A stretch of 64,000 nucleotides of DNA, taken from positions 9,858,001 through 9,922,000 of the forward strand of contig NC_087251.1 in the NCBI RefSeq assembly GCF_037042905.1. The letters run 5' to 3'. Each line of letters starts with the position of its first letter. Positions within the stretch are counted from its first letter, which is position 1. Positions 46,901-59,700 of the stretch are shown in pieces. The notes below the pieces were generated by a model. It saw only the letters and a program-made list of their open reading frames with translations. It searched no databases and was not told the DNA's origin. This DNA comes from Lytechinus pictus (Eukaryota). The translations under genes were made by a program, and so were the position numbers.

Positions 46901-49900
46901 AGAAGAACCAGCATGTCAATATTTCATTTAAAGTCTTTTCACTTGCTAATTCTCTATAAATACTAACATTCTCTAAAAGTAAAAAGAACTGTCATGTGAA
47001 TTTGCTCTTTTCTGCCTGCATATCGATGGATTTTTAAGGTTTGATTGTTTTTTTATTTACATTACCATAAGAATTACCATGGCTCAACTTGCCCCATGTT
47101 GGCTGGCTCAACTTACCCCAGTCCGAACTTAATGCGATAATTTCACATCCACACATTTCTTATGCATTCATCATGTAAAAGACTATGACAAGAATGAAGG
47201 TCCATACCTGGACTAACAATATTGTTCTTATGTCTTTATTATATGTAAAGACGTGTGTGTGTAAAAAACACTTATCTATTTCACACCCGTTTTTACTTTT
47301 TTGGCTGAAATTTGTATTTTTCCCTCTAAAAAAGTACTTTTTGTTTCAAAGGTGAAAACAATGTGGTGGGGTTAAAGGTTATGTAATGGGTCATCAATAC
47401 ATGACACCACCATAATAGCTGACTCATTCATTTTTGGCCTGGGGCTGGTGGCTCAACTTGCCCCTATGCTCAACTTACCCCGCCTTCCCCTACATACATG
47501 TACTTGTTGGTATTTTGATTTGAATTTAATTGCTAATTGCAAATGAAAGCATCCAACTATCTGGGAGACAGTGTATGAAACACAATATCACAAGTGCAAC
47601 TGCTGATCTGACAACAGGGAATAGCAATTTGAGTGCTTAAAACAATAATCTTTTCATATCCACTATCTCATGCTGTTGTATTTGTTCTCATATTGACTTC
47701 CTTAGAAAATGATGTGCAAATATAAACTTACCATATGAGGTGCACTAATAGTGACAGCATACCCTGCAGTAAAAAACAAAACAATTGAGAAAAGGTTAAT
47801 ACTCTGATAGTATTTAAAAAATATCAAAAGTAAAGCATTGATGACTAAACCAAAATTAGTTGCAATTGTATTCTTCAACATGTGCCATATTTTAATAGTA
47901 AAAAATGCCTAAACTATCTAGCAATCTAGCAAATTCTAGTAATCATAAGTTCTATACATCTTCTATAAATGAATCCCACACCATTTCTGTGTTTTTTAAA
48001 CACATTTTCTGAACTTTTATCATTAAATAAACAAGGCAAAAGCAATTTTGTGTCTCGCCCACTTATGAAAATAACCAGAAACATCGTGATTTGCGAGGGC
48101 ACACAACAGAACTGTATCGAAACTTCATTGTGAAATGACTGGGATGGAATAACACTTGTCATAAGAGCCTTGCACGTAAACTTTAATGTTGACCTGAAAA
48201 TAACCTTTGACCTTACCATGTGACCTCCGACTGCAGCATCACATGCAGGTCCTCCAAGTCCATCTACCATCCAAATTTGGTTGAAAAGTGACTTACGGTT
48301 GCAGAGTTAGGTGACATAAGAGAGTCTTGCATGTAAACTTTAACGTTGACCTGAAAATGACCTTTGACCTTACCATGTAACCTCTGACTGCAGCATACCA
48401 TGCAGGTCCCCAAGTCCATCTACCATCCAAGTTTGGTTGAAAAGTGACGTATGGTTGCAGAGTTAGGTGTCATAATCTGAGTCTTACATGTAAACTTTAA
48501 CGTTGACCTGAAAATGACCTTTGACCTTACCATGTGACCTCCGACTGCAGCCTAACATGCAGGTACCCAAGTCCATCTACCATCCAAGTTTGGTTGAAAA
48601 GTGACTAACGGTTGCGGAGTTAGGTGTCATAAGAAAGTCTTGCATGTAAACTTTAACGTTGACCTGAAAATGACCTTTGACCTTACCATGTGACCTCTGA
48701 CTGCAGCATAACATGCAGGTCCCCCAAGTCCATCTACCATCCAAGTTTGGTTGAAAAGTGACTTATGGTTGCGGAGTTAGGTGTCATAAGAGAGTCTTGC
48801 ATGTAAACTTTAACGTAGACCTGAAAATGACCTTTGACCTTACCATGTGACCTCCGACTGCAGCACAACATGCAGGTCCCCCAAGTCCACTTACCATCTA
48901 AGTTTGGTTGAAAAGTGACTTACGGTTGCGGAGTTAGGTGTCATAAGAGAGTCTTGCATGTAAACTTTAACGTTGACCTGAAAATGACCTTTGACCTTAC
49001 CATGTGACCTTCGACTGCAGCATAACATGCAGGTCCCTCAAGTCCATCTACCATCCAAGTTTGGTTGAAAAGTGACTTACGGTTGCGGAGTTAGGTGTCA
49101 TAAGAGAATCTTGCATGTAAACTTTAACGCTGACCTGAAAATGACCTTTGACCTTGCCATGTGACCTCCGACTGCAGCATAACATGCAGGTCCCCCAAGT
49201 CCATCTACCATCCAAGTTCGGTTGAAACTGAAAAGCGACTTACGGTGGTGGAGTTATGTGTCATTAGGTTTGTGACGGACGGACGACATTTGGATCCCTA
49301 AGTCTCACCTTCACCTCTGGTGGGCGAGACAATAATAAACAAATAAAAAATAAACTCATATTATTAACTTATAACACCAAAACTGCAACTTATAAGATTT
49401 TTAATGCAGCCCAAAAAATTATACTGACATTTTTATCACTTCCTGGAGGTTTTGTTCAAAAACTTTGAAACTATTAAGCACTGATCTTACCAATACTCTG
49501 TGGAGAATCAGCATATGGACTATTACTGCTGTAGTGTTTGCGATCAACAGCTCGCATTGCCTTCAAAACTGCATCATTCTTGATGATTCCATTTTCTACA
49601 ATTAATGAAACACAAAATAGTGTATTCCATCAAAAGTGATTTGTGAACATAAATACATACATGTAATTGGTAAATTGAAAAAGATAATGGTTGGAATTCA
49701 ATCAAAATGGAATTATGTAATGTTTTGTAGTTTTACGTGTTACCTTCACAAAATCAAAATAGGCATATGTGACGTAAGGCCTGGCATAGTGTAAATTAGA
49801 CAGCTGAAATTTGTCTATTTAGAAGATTGTAGCTCTACATTATTTTATTCTTGTTTTGTTATGAAATTGCATTCCTAGTACCATTGAGGTCAAAATATAT

Positions 49901-52900
49901 CAGTATTGACCTCATAGGCAGCAATTACAAATACGGGGTGCTGAATTTGTAGAAAGTCGACACCCACAGTAACACACAAATGCACACATTGATGGGATGA
50001 ATCGTCTAGTAGTGTTTTTTTTTTATTAGTTATGAACTCTTTAGAGTGAAAGTAGTTATTGTTTATTGCAGTTTACTTTAGATATCACAGATTATACATT
50101 TAATCTAAATTTTTACCTTAGAAGGTAAAAACTTTGATTAAATATCTGTAGATTCTGTACAATAGTGCTTGAAAGTCAATCTAATCTGGCAGCTTTTTTT
50201 TCAACCTTATTGAGGTCCCAATGTCCCCTAGAGTGATGAAATTGCATCAGGGTGATGTTGATTAATAGAATCTGATTATTCTAAAACTTAAATCATTCAA
50301 AGACCTATATTTCAATGAAATATGTTAAATAATAAACGTAATCATAAATTAATATTTAGGTATAGATTCTTTGCACAGAGAATAAGACAGATTCCAGTCT
50401 ATTTGACTATGCGTGGAAGAAGTTTAGACTTTAGTGAAGCAAGATGGAGTCCACTGGAACAACCAACAGAAACTAAAAACTTTGGGTTTAAGACATGTAT
50501 TATAGAATACATGTCTTGGTTGGATACCTCTTGAAAAGTGCAGAGAAGATTCAATACTGGTGCTCATGTACAAGCTACACTGCAATCTAGTTGACTCTCC
50601 AGTAAACGAGTACATCACCCCACTTACTGGTGCTACAAGAACTAGATCCTCACATGCTGCTGTCTACAGGTCCCCCAATGCAGGACAGAACTCTACAAAC
50701 AATCTTCCTTTCCAAGAACTGTCAGGATATGGAATGCTTTTCCATCCAGCTCCATCAATGCCTTTAATCCAAAATCCTTCCGTCAAAGCTTGACGGAAAT
50801 AAGAAACTAAACTGCCAATACTTTTTACTTGCACCTTGTAAATACGCACACTGCACCTGAACCCAGCTACTCACACTATTGCTCCAATCATATCCACAAG
50901 AATCTTCCATCTTGAAGGAGGCAGATCAACCCAGAAGAGTAAGAAAAATAATTAATAAACAGGCTTGGTCTATTTGATGATAAAAACATTTTATAAAAAT
51001 ATCTTATTTGATTGACGTGCATGTTGTATCAACAGACACCCATTGACAGCACCATCATATTGTGACAGGCTCAAAATACAATTTATCTTTCATTTAGGCC
51101 AAAGTCTTTCTTTAATATAAAAAAAATCACCTTCAATCTTCATTTCCCCTTTTTTCAGCTTCATCTGCCCTTGCCAAGTAAAATTATGAATAAACCACCA
51201 AAAAAAAAATTCCTAATTTTATGACAGAGAAGTATAAACATGTGCCAGGGCTTAAAATGAAAGCCCAAGCCTTGAAAAGATTAACTTTAATAAGTAAATA
51301 AATGCCATAACTACCGTCATTCTATCAATGTCTAACTTATGCACCTGAAATGCCTGATGCACCGCATTACACACTCACACGTATTGCGAGGTTAGTATAT
51401 GCTATACTAACCTCGCACAACCAACGTGTTCACGCCATGGATTTTAGAGTTAACTTGTCGTTAACATCGCTTCATAACGTAAATGTTAGCCGAAACCCAT
51501 TTCGCTACTCACCAGGGCTTTTTCTGGTGAAAAGCGTTCCATTTTCAATTTTTAACATATTTTTTAATTTAAAAAGGACACAAAAAAGAGCAAAATCGCT
51601 TACCTCGGCCTAGAAAGTGGCTTCGCATATGTCTCTTCCACGGAAATAAAAGGAAGGTCGTTGGTGGCGCTAATACAGTTCACAACCTTAATTCAGCTTG
51701 TCGGTATTTTTAAAACTAGATTCTTGATTCATTGTATGCGCATTCCAATGATTTTTTGATAAAATAGAGACACCAATAAATGCAATAACTTAAAAAACAT
51801 AATTTTTTATTATTTTTGCTGACGATAATACTTTTTGGAAATATTCAAAGCGATGACAAATTAAACAAAAAATATAGAAAATTCTACGTACCTTGGACGA
51901 AGCCCCGCAAGTGCTACCGTTCGTTTGTCAATTAAAATTCCACCAAAGTCTTTACAGTTAAAAAGATTGGACACTTTGCCGACTTCGCGTAACCCTTTGC
52001 ATCGATTTACGTGTAAGATAGTTTTTGTGTCTAGTCTTTCCCTTGTAGGGTCTTTGATATGAAGATAAATCGCGCGCCCTCTTTCGCTCATTAGACGAAA
52101 AATTTGAGAACTCGCAAGGTTGCTCCGTATTTTGTCAACGAGAAGAAAAATCAGCGCTTAAATGACGCTATTTGAGGGATATTCATCATATTAGGAGGAA
52201 ATGACTTCACATCGTTTGGTAAGTTTCGTAGGAGGACTTCATTCTGTAAATCCTCTTATTAAATTTGCGGGAATTTGTTGCATTGTTGAATGCGCCGTGC
52301 CTTCAATTTTCCCACTCATTCAATGAACAAGGTTATGATATAACCTTGTTCTCTGTTATATCTCCATGTGTGGCAAAATAAGGGTGGCAATGTTTGGCTT
52401 ATTTTCTCTTTTTCTTTGGAAAAAATGCTTGATTTTTTTACACTGACAGTTTCCATTACACCTTTTTCACCATACAACTTGGCTCTTAATTTGATTCTTT
52501 AAATTATGTTTTTCTTAATTAAAAATAGAGATTGAAAAATTAAAATTTTCTTGCCATATTACTTTCCACCAATAGAGGGCATACACAAAAATATGCCCAA
52601 AGTTCAAGGTTTTGAGCGCTCTGGTGAATACTTACAAAATTTATTCCCAAGTTACTAACTGACTAATGAAAAATAAATTGCAACTGTATGGCATGGCCCG
52701 GGATTAGTAATTTTGGTCACAAAACTCAAAAGTGATATTTTAACGAGTTTTTAAAGTGTGTGCTCTGTACAGCATTGGGATACCATAGTCCTACCTGTAG
52801 ATTCCCCACATGCACAGGCAGGATGGTTGCAGTGAGCTAGTGAATTTTCCTGTACACGGCACGGCGGCAGAGATGCACCCATGGGCATGGGTGCGCATTA

Positions 52901-53323
52901 CATATAAAAAATAACTAACAACATTTTACACTAGTGGGGCTGTATAAAAAATTCTAGTTTATGATACAAGCATACAGAAAGCTTCTTATGATTGAGCTCA
53001 TTCGACTTTATCATCGACCGTTTAACATTGTCATGGCATGAATTGAAATTATTAAATGACCATTCATGTATACCTTTAAGTCTTGTTATGAGCTCTTCAT
53101 GCGATTCTCCACTGGATCTCCAAGCCATCTCTGCTCGATGAATGTACCGCGCCCCAGCGGCCCCCATAGATTTACACGATCCGTCGGGTTGAAACTCTCC
53201 GTCACAGACTTCTTCTTCGGCCTCAGCTCTCACACTGGTGACACAATTTAAAATTGTAATTGAGAACTGAACTAATATTATTGCAAAATAAGAAATTTGA
53301 ACATATTTTATTTTACTTGACAT
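43990..53323 (-). CDS. PCMT1: Protein-L-isoaspartate(D-aspartate) O-methyltransferase (PIMT); 228 aa from ATG 53128 or 293 aa from upstream ATG 53323
   Basis: Exons 53323(53128)-53074, 49595-49491, 47763-47732, 46271-46167, 45600-45480, 44658-44573, 44172-43990, all in phase. Motifs: [42 protein letters not shown] (SAM motif I), [40 protein letters not shown]-terminus QWPGKWK. Confidence 0.97.
44870..45100 (+). mobile_element. L2/CR1-group LINE 3' fragment
   Basis: Translates [33 protein letters not shown], typical of the ORF2 C-terminal WNxLP motif. Confidence 0.65.
46627..47490. mobile_element. MITE with TA TSD (Tc1/mariner/pogo-like)
   Basis: TA|GGGGAAGGCGGGGTAAGTTGAG ... CTCAACTTACCCCGCCTTCCCC|TA. 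GGGTAAGTTGAGCC / GGCTCAACTTRCCCC are repeated internally. Confidence 0.88.
48030..49338 (-). mobile_element. Non-autonomous Helentron/DINE-like element with 7 x 157-bp satellite
   Basis: Inverted repeat TGTCTCGCCCAC (48051-48062) / GTGGGCGAGACA (49320-49331), GACG microsatellite near 49274. Unit anchors at 48195, 48352, 48509, 48665, 48822, 48979, 49136. Confidence 0.8.
50480..50795 (+). mobile_element. CR1/L2-group LINE ORF2 3' fragment
   Basis: [22 protein letters not shown]...TRSSH then, after a frameshift, [17 protein letters not shown]...SFRQSL. Confidence 0.75.
51330..52790. mobile_element. Unclassified CpG-richer insertion in PCMT1 intron 1
   Basis: Abrupt rise in CpG content relative to the flanking intron and a perfect hairpin at 51385-51417. 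Termini not identified, so boundaries are approximate. Confidence 0.35.
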
Positions 53324-53434
53324 ACTAATCGAGAATATAAGATCGGGTGCAATCACAACAAACTAATATAAACTTTCATATTTTGTATATCAAACAGTCT
53401 TTCGCGCAGTCTGTAGTCAATTATCTCGCCTCAG

Positions 53435-53573
53435 GGCCCCGCCCCCATACACAAGCCTCCATCCAAGGCAAGAAAAAGCTCGATTATTTAGTCTTTAATT
53501 TTATATATCACAAGAACTAGATTTTCAGTTCTCCTTTTTTTTCTGTCTGACTTTCTCAAATTCGGTTACGTCA
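53435..53573 (-). promoter_or_regulatory. PCMT1 proximal promoter motifs (GC box, CRE-like)
   Basis: GGCCCCGCCCC at 53435-53445 and TTACGTCA at 53566-53573, upstream of both ATGs. Confidence 0.45.
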
Positions 53574-53984
53574 GCTTTGGCGTAAAGACTCATTTAAAAA
53601 GCAAAATATGTTGAGATCATATTTTAGCCACATTAAACGCACTCATCATGATGCTCATAAAATGAGTTGATCGACGAGAGGGTACCGTAATAATCGGGGG
53701 ATCGGGGATATACTTTATCTTTTGTGTTTTTAGGCATTCATAAGAGCCATAAAACCGTAATAATTAACCTTATAGCAAAACATAGGTATAACCAATGGCC
53801 ACTAAATTAGTTAATATCAATATCACCATACATTTTCATATTCTCTTACATGAAATGCAAGATCCATTGGCATATGGTGTCCGATCCGCGGCGGCGGGGC
53901 AGGGGATTCCATGGGAGTGGGGATATACCCCCCTTCATGTGGGGGGGGGGGGATGGCCTGTATGATTATCATCCCCCAACAAAT

Positions 53985-54137
53985 NNNNNNNNNNNNNNNN
54001 NNNNNNNNNNNNNNNNNNNNNNNNNNNNNNNNNNNNNNNNNNNNNNNNNNNNNNNNNNNNNNNNNNNNNNNNNNNNNNNNNNNNNNNNNNNNNNNNNNNN
54101 NNNNNNNNNNNNNNNNNNNNNNNNNNNNNNNNNNNNN
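53985..54137. other. Assembly gap (N run)
   Basis: Run of n. Confidence 1.
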
Positions 54138-54343
54138 AACAGCAACAATAGTGTTATCAATAAGAATCATGAACAATAGTTCAAGATATAAGAAACAAAA
54201 TAGGCCTACATTCAATTTCCCGGATCGCGGAGAAAAAGCCCGAGAAAAAGGAAGCTATAATGTAAAACGGCAAAGAGGGCGTCCTACATGTCATTTGATT
54301 CAGTTGCTGGATCTAGCCCTCACCCCAAACAATCCCCGTTTAA

Positions 54344-54525
54344 AGGATTGGTCCGGGCTGAAAATATTTATATCTTAATACATAGAGTAGATTTCACTGA
54401 GCAAAATGCCGAAAATTTCAACAAAATCGGATAACAAGTAATAAAGTTATTGAAGTTAAGTTTAGCAATATTTTGTGGAAACAGCCGTCATTAATATTCA
54501 TTAGGTGATGGGCTGATGATGTTAT
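54344..54525. mobile_element. Truncated Kolobok-like MITE end
   Basis: TTAA|AGGATTGGTCCGGGCTGAAAATATTTATATCT, nearly the same as the 13891 terminus. Confidence 0.65.
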
Positions 54526-55742
54526 ATTATGATATGATGTTAAAAATTCGAGATTTAAACTTACTGAACGAGACACTCTATTCAGGTTTTGTAAATCATG
54601 AAAAGGATGAGTAAGCGGGGATCTTCCTTACATTAATAATGCGAGCGCAGAGCGCGAGCAGAATTATTTTATATACGTTTTGTACTGATCGAAAATGTAC
54701 CTGTTAAGGACTGCTTGCACTTAGCCATGAAGACGTTACATATTTCAACAATTTTGACTTTTCTACATAAAGAATGTAAAGTTTTAATCAATTTTTGTAA
54801 TCGTGAACAGGATAGGTATATAACTAAACAATTGTCGATGCGAGCGCGAAGATGGAGCGGAAAAATCGAGATTTAGACCTAAAAACGGGACACTCTATTC
54901 ATGTTTTGTATATATCATGAAAAGAATGAGTAATATAACGCGAGCACAAAGCGTGGGCGGAAAATTTTTGATATTCAAGCATTTTATACAGTGACATGAA
55001 AGATTTTTTTTTATTTCCCTAGTCTTCCCCTCATCTTATTTCATTCACTCATCTTCCTCCTCTTCTTTTTTCTCCTCTCTTTTCCCTCCTTTTCCCCCTT
55101 TTTTCTTTCTTTCCTTTTTCTTTTTTTTTGCTCCGCCAATAGGGGGGGGCCGGCCCCCCCTGGATCCACCTATGCATGGGCGCCAGTTGTATAGGTCCAT
55201 GGTCAGACTATATAGGGGACAGGGGGACAAGGAAAAAAATGTAAAGGAAACAATAGTCCAACGGTCCCCTCAAAAATATTTCGAAGCCTTGTATATCGGT
55301 TGGTTTATTTACCGACAAAAGTATCTAAAAGTTTGCTAAAACATTCCCTTTCATGGTTTCGATTCCCACTTGATTTTCTAGTGCCCTTTGGTAAGGCATA
55401 AATCCTCGTTGTGTTATGTGTTACTTTAAGATTGACCAGAGTGAATGTTGGTTTATGCTTCTCACATGCCTAACAAGTGTGTATGAGATCCTGAAAATAA
55501 TTATATGGCATCAAAGTGATCATTAGATTTAAAAAATACTTAAAAATCTGAAAAATATTAACCGTGCTTTATCAATCGGTGTAGACTTGGGTAAAACGCA
55601 GAGTATATAGGACCACGAATGTTTTACTGTGAGAGGGGCTTTTGGCTGAAATTATTCTACAAGTAAATTTTATCTCTGGAAGAGGGGCGGGTAGCCCTTA
55701 TATGCGTTATCAACCTTTATTTTGTTTGCATTATGCCCGGAA

Positions 55743-55931
55743 TGAAGTAATATGTCCTCATATTGTAGGGATGATCCAGACTCATTAAGAGCTCGAAGAC
55801 ATAATAATTAGTCAGAGTACAATCAGTCTTAGGAACTAGTAGCCATGATGTTTATTGCTCTTCTGTTATTTGTTCGCGCCGCATCACATCTTGCGCGTAG
55901 TCACAATATAGATCTTGGACATATCACAACA
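55743..55931 (-). repeat. 3' LTR (189 bp); PPT AAAGGAGGGGGA immediately internal at 55932-55943
   Basis: Direct repeat of 62586-62776. Contains AATAAA on the minus strand. Confidence 0.95.
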
Positions 55932-56787
55932 TCCCCCTCCTTTTAATACAAGTATGACCAAAGTTATTTCTATAACACTTACAAGGTGCAACCTCAAAAT
56001 GAAACTTCTGTATCAATAATGATGCTTAAAACCATTGAATAGTTTTGATAAACATTAACAATGCAAAGTATTTCCTAACAACTTTTGCTGTTGGTTTGTA
56101 ACAAGTTTGAACATATAGTATCATCTATATATTACATATTAATTTCTAAGATTGAACTATCTATCCAATATAAAATTGAAAGTTTTGAATAACACTTTAT
56201 ACATTATTACAATGCATCTATGTAAACATACTATGATGATTGTAGTGTGCAATAATCATTTTGAGTTCCATGTTATTGCAAATGCCTTTGCTATGTTTAA
56301 ATTAAAATAAATTATCAAAATTACTTTTGTTTTCCTTGTACATTTGTCCATTTCTCTCAAATGCTAATCAAGTATCGAATATTAACTTCAACTGCATGTA
56401 TTTAAAAAAATATTAAAACTATGCACTTAGCTTTTCAACCTTCAGCTTTCTCATCACAAACTTAATCAATTCTTAGAGAAATGATTTGATCTAAATTAAC
56501 TTCCATCAAAGATTTTCATAAAATTTACTGACTTTTCTAGGTAAACTTCCTCTGCTTTGAATTACGGTTGGTTTAAACACATACTTAACAAATTGTATGA
56601 TACATCTCTCCTTATTGGAAGTTAACACTTTTCTCAAAACCAATAAGAGTATGTTTCCTTAAAAGGTGGAATTCAACATATATACATATCAAAATGTGAT
56701 TCTACTCTATATCTAATTATTTTTTTAACTGTATGTGTGTTTTGTTTTATTTGATTTTGATCCTTGTTTTTTAATTATTTACTTATT

Positions 56788-59700
56788 TTAATGTGTGTGA
56801 TTTCTGTAGCGAACTGGTCGATGGATTTGGCGACCATACCGTGTGGTGTATGTATGTCTATCAGACTGAGAGTTTGGAGTTCTGTCTGAAGTGTGCATGT
56901 GTGGTGTTTGGTTATCGGTCTCTTTTGCCTCTTCATCCTCAAGGTCTAGTCTCCGTGGATCAAGACTAGCTGACGAGGTGTCACTTTTTGGCTGGCTTGT
57001 GAACATCTCTCTGAGGTGTGACCGGTTTCGTCTTAGTGTCCTTCCATTAGGAGTGGTGACTTCGTATGATCTTGGTGCTTCACACACTCGAGACACTTTG
57101 GCTGGAATCCATGTGTTATCATCTGTATCCAGCATCCTTACTCTCTGACCAACGGTTAACTTGGGTAGTTCTTTACCAGCATGTTTGTCATGGTCATGCT
57201 TCATTTTCTCCCTTCTTTGTTGGATTTGGTCGTGCATATCGTTGTGTGGATATCCGTAGCTGCGACCTGGGAGCGTTGTTTTTACTTTTCGTCCGTACAT
57301 TAGTTCAGCAGGAGATGGCAAGTCTGCTTGTGGTGTTGCACGAAGATGCAAGAGTGCTTCCAGGAGATCCTGTCCTGTTTGTCTGCATTTCTTGATCATT
57401 GATTTCACGGTGCGTACCATTCTCTCCGCAAGACCATTCGAGCGAGGATATCGTGGCGATGAAGTTGTATGCTTAATGTTCCATTTTGCACACATCTCTT
57501 GGAATGGTTTGCCACTGAACTGAGGGCCATTGTCCGATACAACCTCTGCAGGTACTCCGAACATGCTGAACGCTTCTTTCATCACTGTAGTGACTGCAGT
57601 GCTAGTCGTACTATGCATCCTCCTGATGACTGGGAATTTGGAGTGGTAGTCAGTGATGAGGAGAAAGTCTGTACCATCTAGGTGAAACAGATCTGCAGCA
57701 AGCTTTGTCCATGGAGTTGGAGGAACCTCATGTGGTTCGAGTGGCTCTTTCTGCTGTTGATCCTGATTCTCTTGACATGCTTGGCAGGTTTTGACAATGT
57801 TTTCTATGTCCTTGTTTATTCCTGGCCAATACACACAGTCCCTAGCGAGCCGCCTGGTCTTCTCAATGCCCATGTGGCTGGTATGTAGTTGTCTCAAGAT
57901 GTCTTCTTGGAGTGCCTTGGGTACGACTACTTGTCTACCCTTGAAGACTATACCGTTGACGGTGCCTAGTTCGTCTCTGTATGACCAAAATGTTCTCAAG
58001 CAGTTTGGTACCTGTCCAAATTCATCTGGCCATCCGTCCCTGATGATCTGGGCCAACATAATCATGACTGGATCAACTGCGGTCTCTCTTCCCAGCTGTG
58101 TTCGCTTGTCTTCAGAGAACACAGACAAATCATCTTCGCTATCAGGGATTGTTAGCATTTCATCGACATGTAGATTGATTTGTACGTCTTCTGTCTTCTT
58201 TGGGTTGGGAAGTCTGCTAAGCGTATCTGGGAGGACTAACTGACTACCTGGACGATACACCACGTTACAGTCATATCCTTGGATCTTGACTAATAGTCTC
58301 TGGAGCCTCGGTGGGGCACTCCTCAGGGGCTTGCGGCAAATGATTTCCAACGGTTTATGATCTGTGTGGACAGTGAAACTGCTGCCGAACAAGTAAGTGT
58401 GGAAACGTGTGATGCCAAATACCAGAGCGAGCGTCTCCCGTTCAATGTTTGAGTAGTTTGATTGTGCTTCCGAGAGGCTCTTAGATGCAAAAGCTACAGG
58501 CTTCCCATCTTGAAGTAGGCATGCTCCAAGTCCCTTGCCTGATGCATCCACCTCCAATACTGTCGGGGCATTAGGTTTGTAGTACTGGAGACAAGCTCCC
58601 TTTGATACCTCAGCCTTGAGGGACTGGAACACCTCTTCGTGGTCATCTTGCCACAGGAATGGCACATCTTTCTTGAGAAGTTCTCGGAGGATTGCTGCTT
58701 TCTCTGAGTAGTTGGGTATGTACGGTGAAAGATACGTCATCATGCCAAGGACCCTCTGCAGCTCATCTTTGCTTCGTGGAGAAGGCATGTCCTTGACGTC
58801 TTCCAGCTTACTCGGATCAGGTAGAATACCTTGGTTTGTGTACAACGATCCGAAGAAGTTGATGCTCTGTGTCTTTATTACACACTTTGCACTGTTGAAC
58901 ACAAGGCCTTCTTTCTGTGCAACCTCTAGTAGTTTCCATAGATTGGCATCGTGCTCTTGTTCTGTTTTGCCAAAGACTGCAACATCGTCTGCAATTCCAA
59001 CACAGCCTGGCACCTGTGCGATGATTGAGTCCATCCTCTGTTGAAAGATGTCTTGACTCACTGAAAGTCCGAATGGCAGTCTGCAAAAACAGTGTCTCCC
59101 GAAAGGTGATCTGAATGTTGTAAGCTCTTGAGATGCTTCATCCAGATGTACGGACCAATATCCTGCCTTGGCGTCGAGCTTTGAGAAATACTTGGCTTCA
59201 GAAAACGCAGGATTGAGTTCCTCAAGTGTCGGCACTTTGTGAGGGCACCGCTTCAGACTTTGGTTCAGCTTTCGGGGATCCAAGCAAATTCTAAGTGAAC
59301 CATCTTTCTTTAAGGCGGTGGTGAGTGAGCTACACCAATCTGTGTGGTGATCCACTCTTCTGATGATGCCGTTGCTTTCCATCTGATCCAACTCTTGTTT
59401 GAGTTTCTCTTGCATGTGCACACTGCACTTTCTCGGCGGGTCAATTGATGGAGTAGCATCATCCTTAAGGTGAAGCGTTGCTGTCCCCTTGAAATTTCCA
59501 ATCTTGTCAAACTGCTCAGGGAACGCTTCCTGTAAGTCCCGCACTGACTGTATACGGGGTCGTTCAGTCTTCTCCTTCACAGATTCTCGTATCTCATTGA
59601 TGGTGACAATACCAAGCTTTGTGCATGTTGGGAGTCCAACAATGATGGGTCCATTCGCGTCTACGACATACCAAGTCTGCTTTTCCCAACGTGAGTCTTT

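Noticed and set aside
48170-49265. CRISPR-like regular array (also 12080-12900 and 7150-7675)
   Set aside because: Whole units repeat with no unique spacers, there are no cas genes, and the context is eukaryotic.
52931-53356. 141-aa ORF as a standalone gene
   Set aside because: It is PCMT1 exon 1 plus intron run-on. The track start is GTG, and the first ATG is at 53323.
55944-56787. Possible env or extra ORF after pol
   Set aside because: AT-rich with no ORF of 60 aa or more in the track.
58975-59005. RT motif IADD instead of YxDD as a sign of inactivation
   Set aside because: Catalytic aspartates are intact and such variants occur in Gypsy-group elements.
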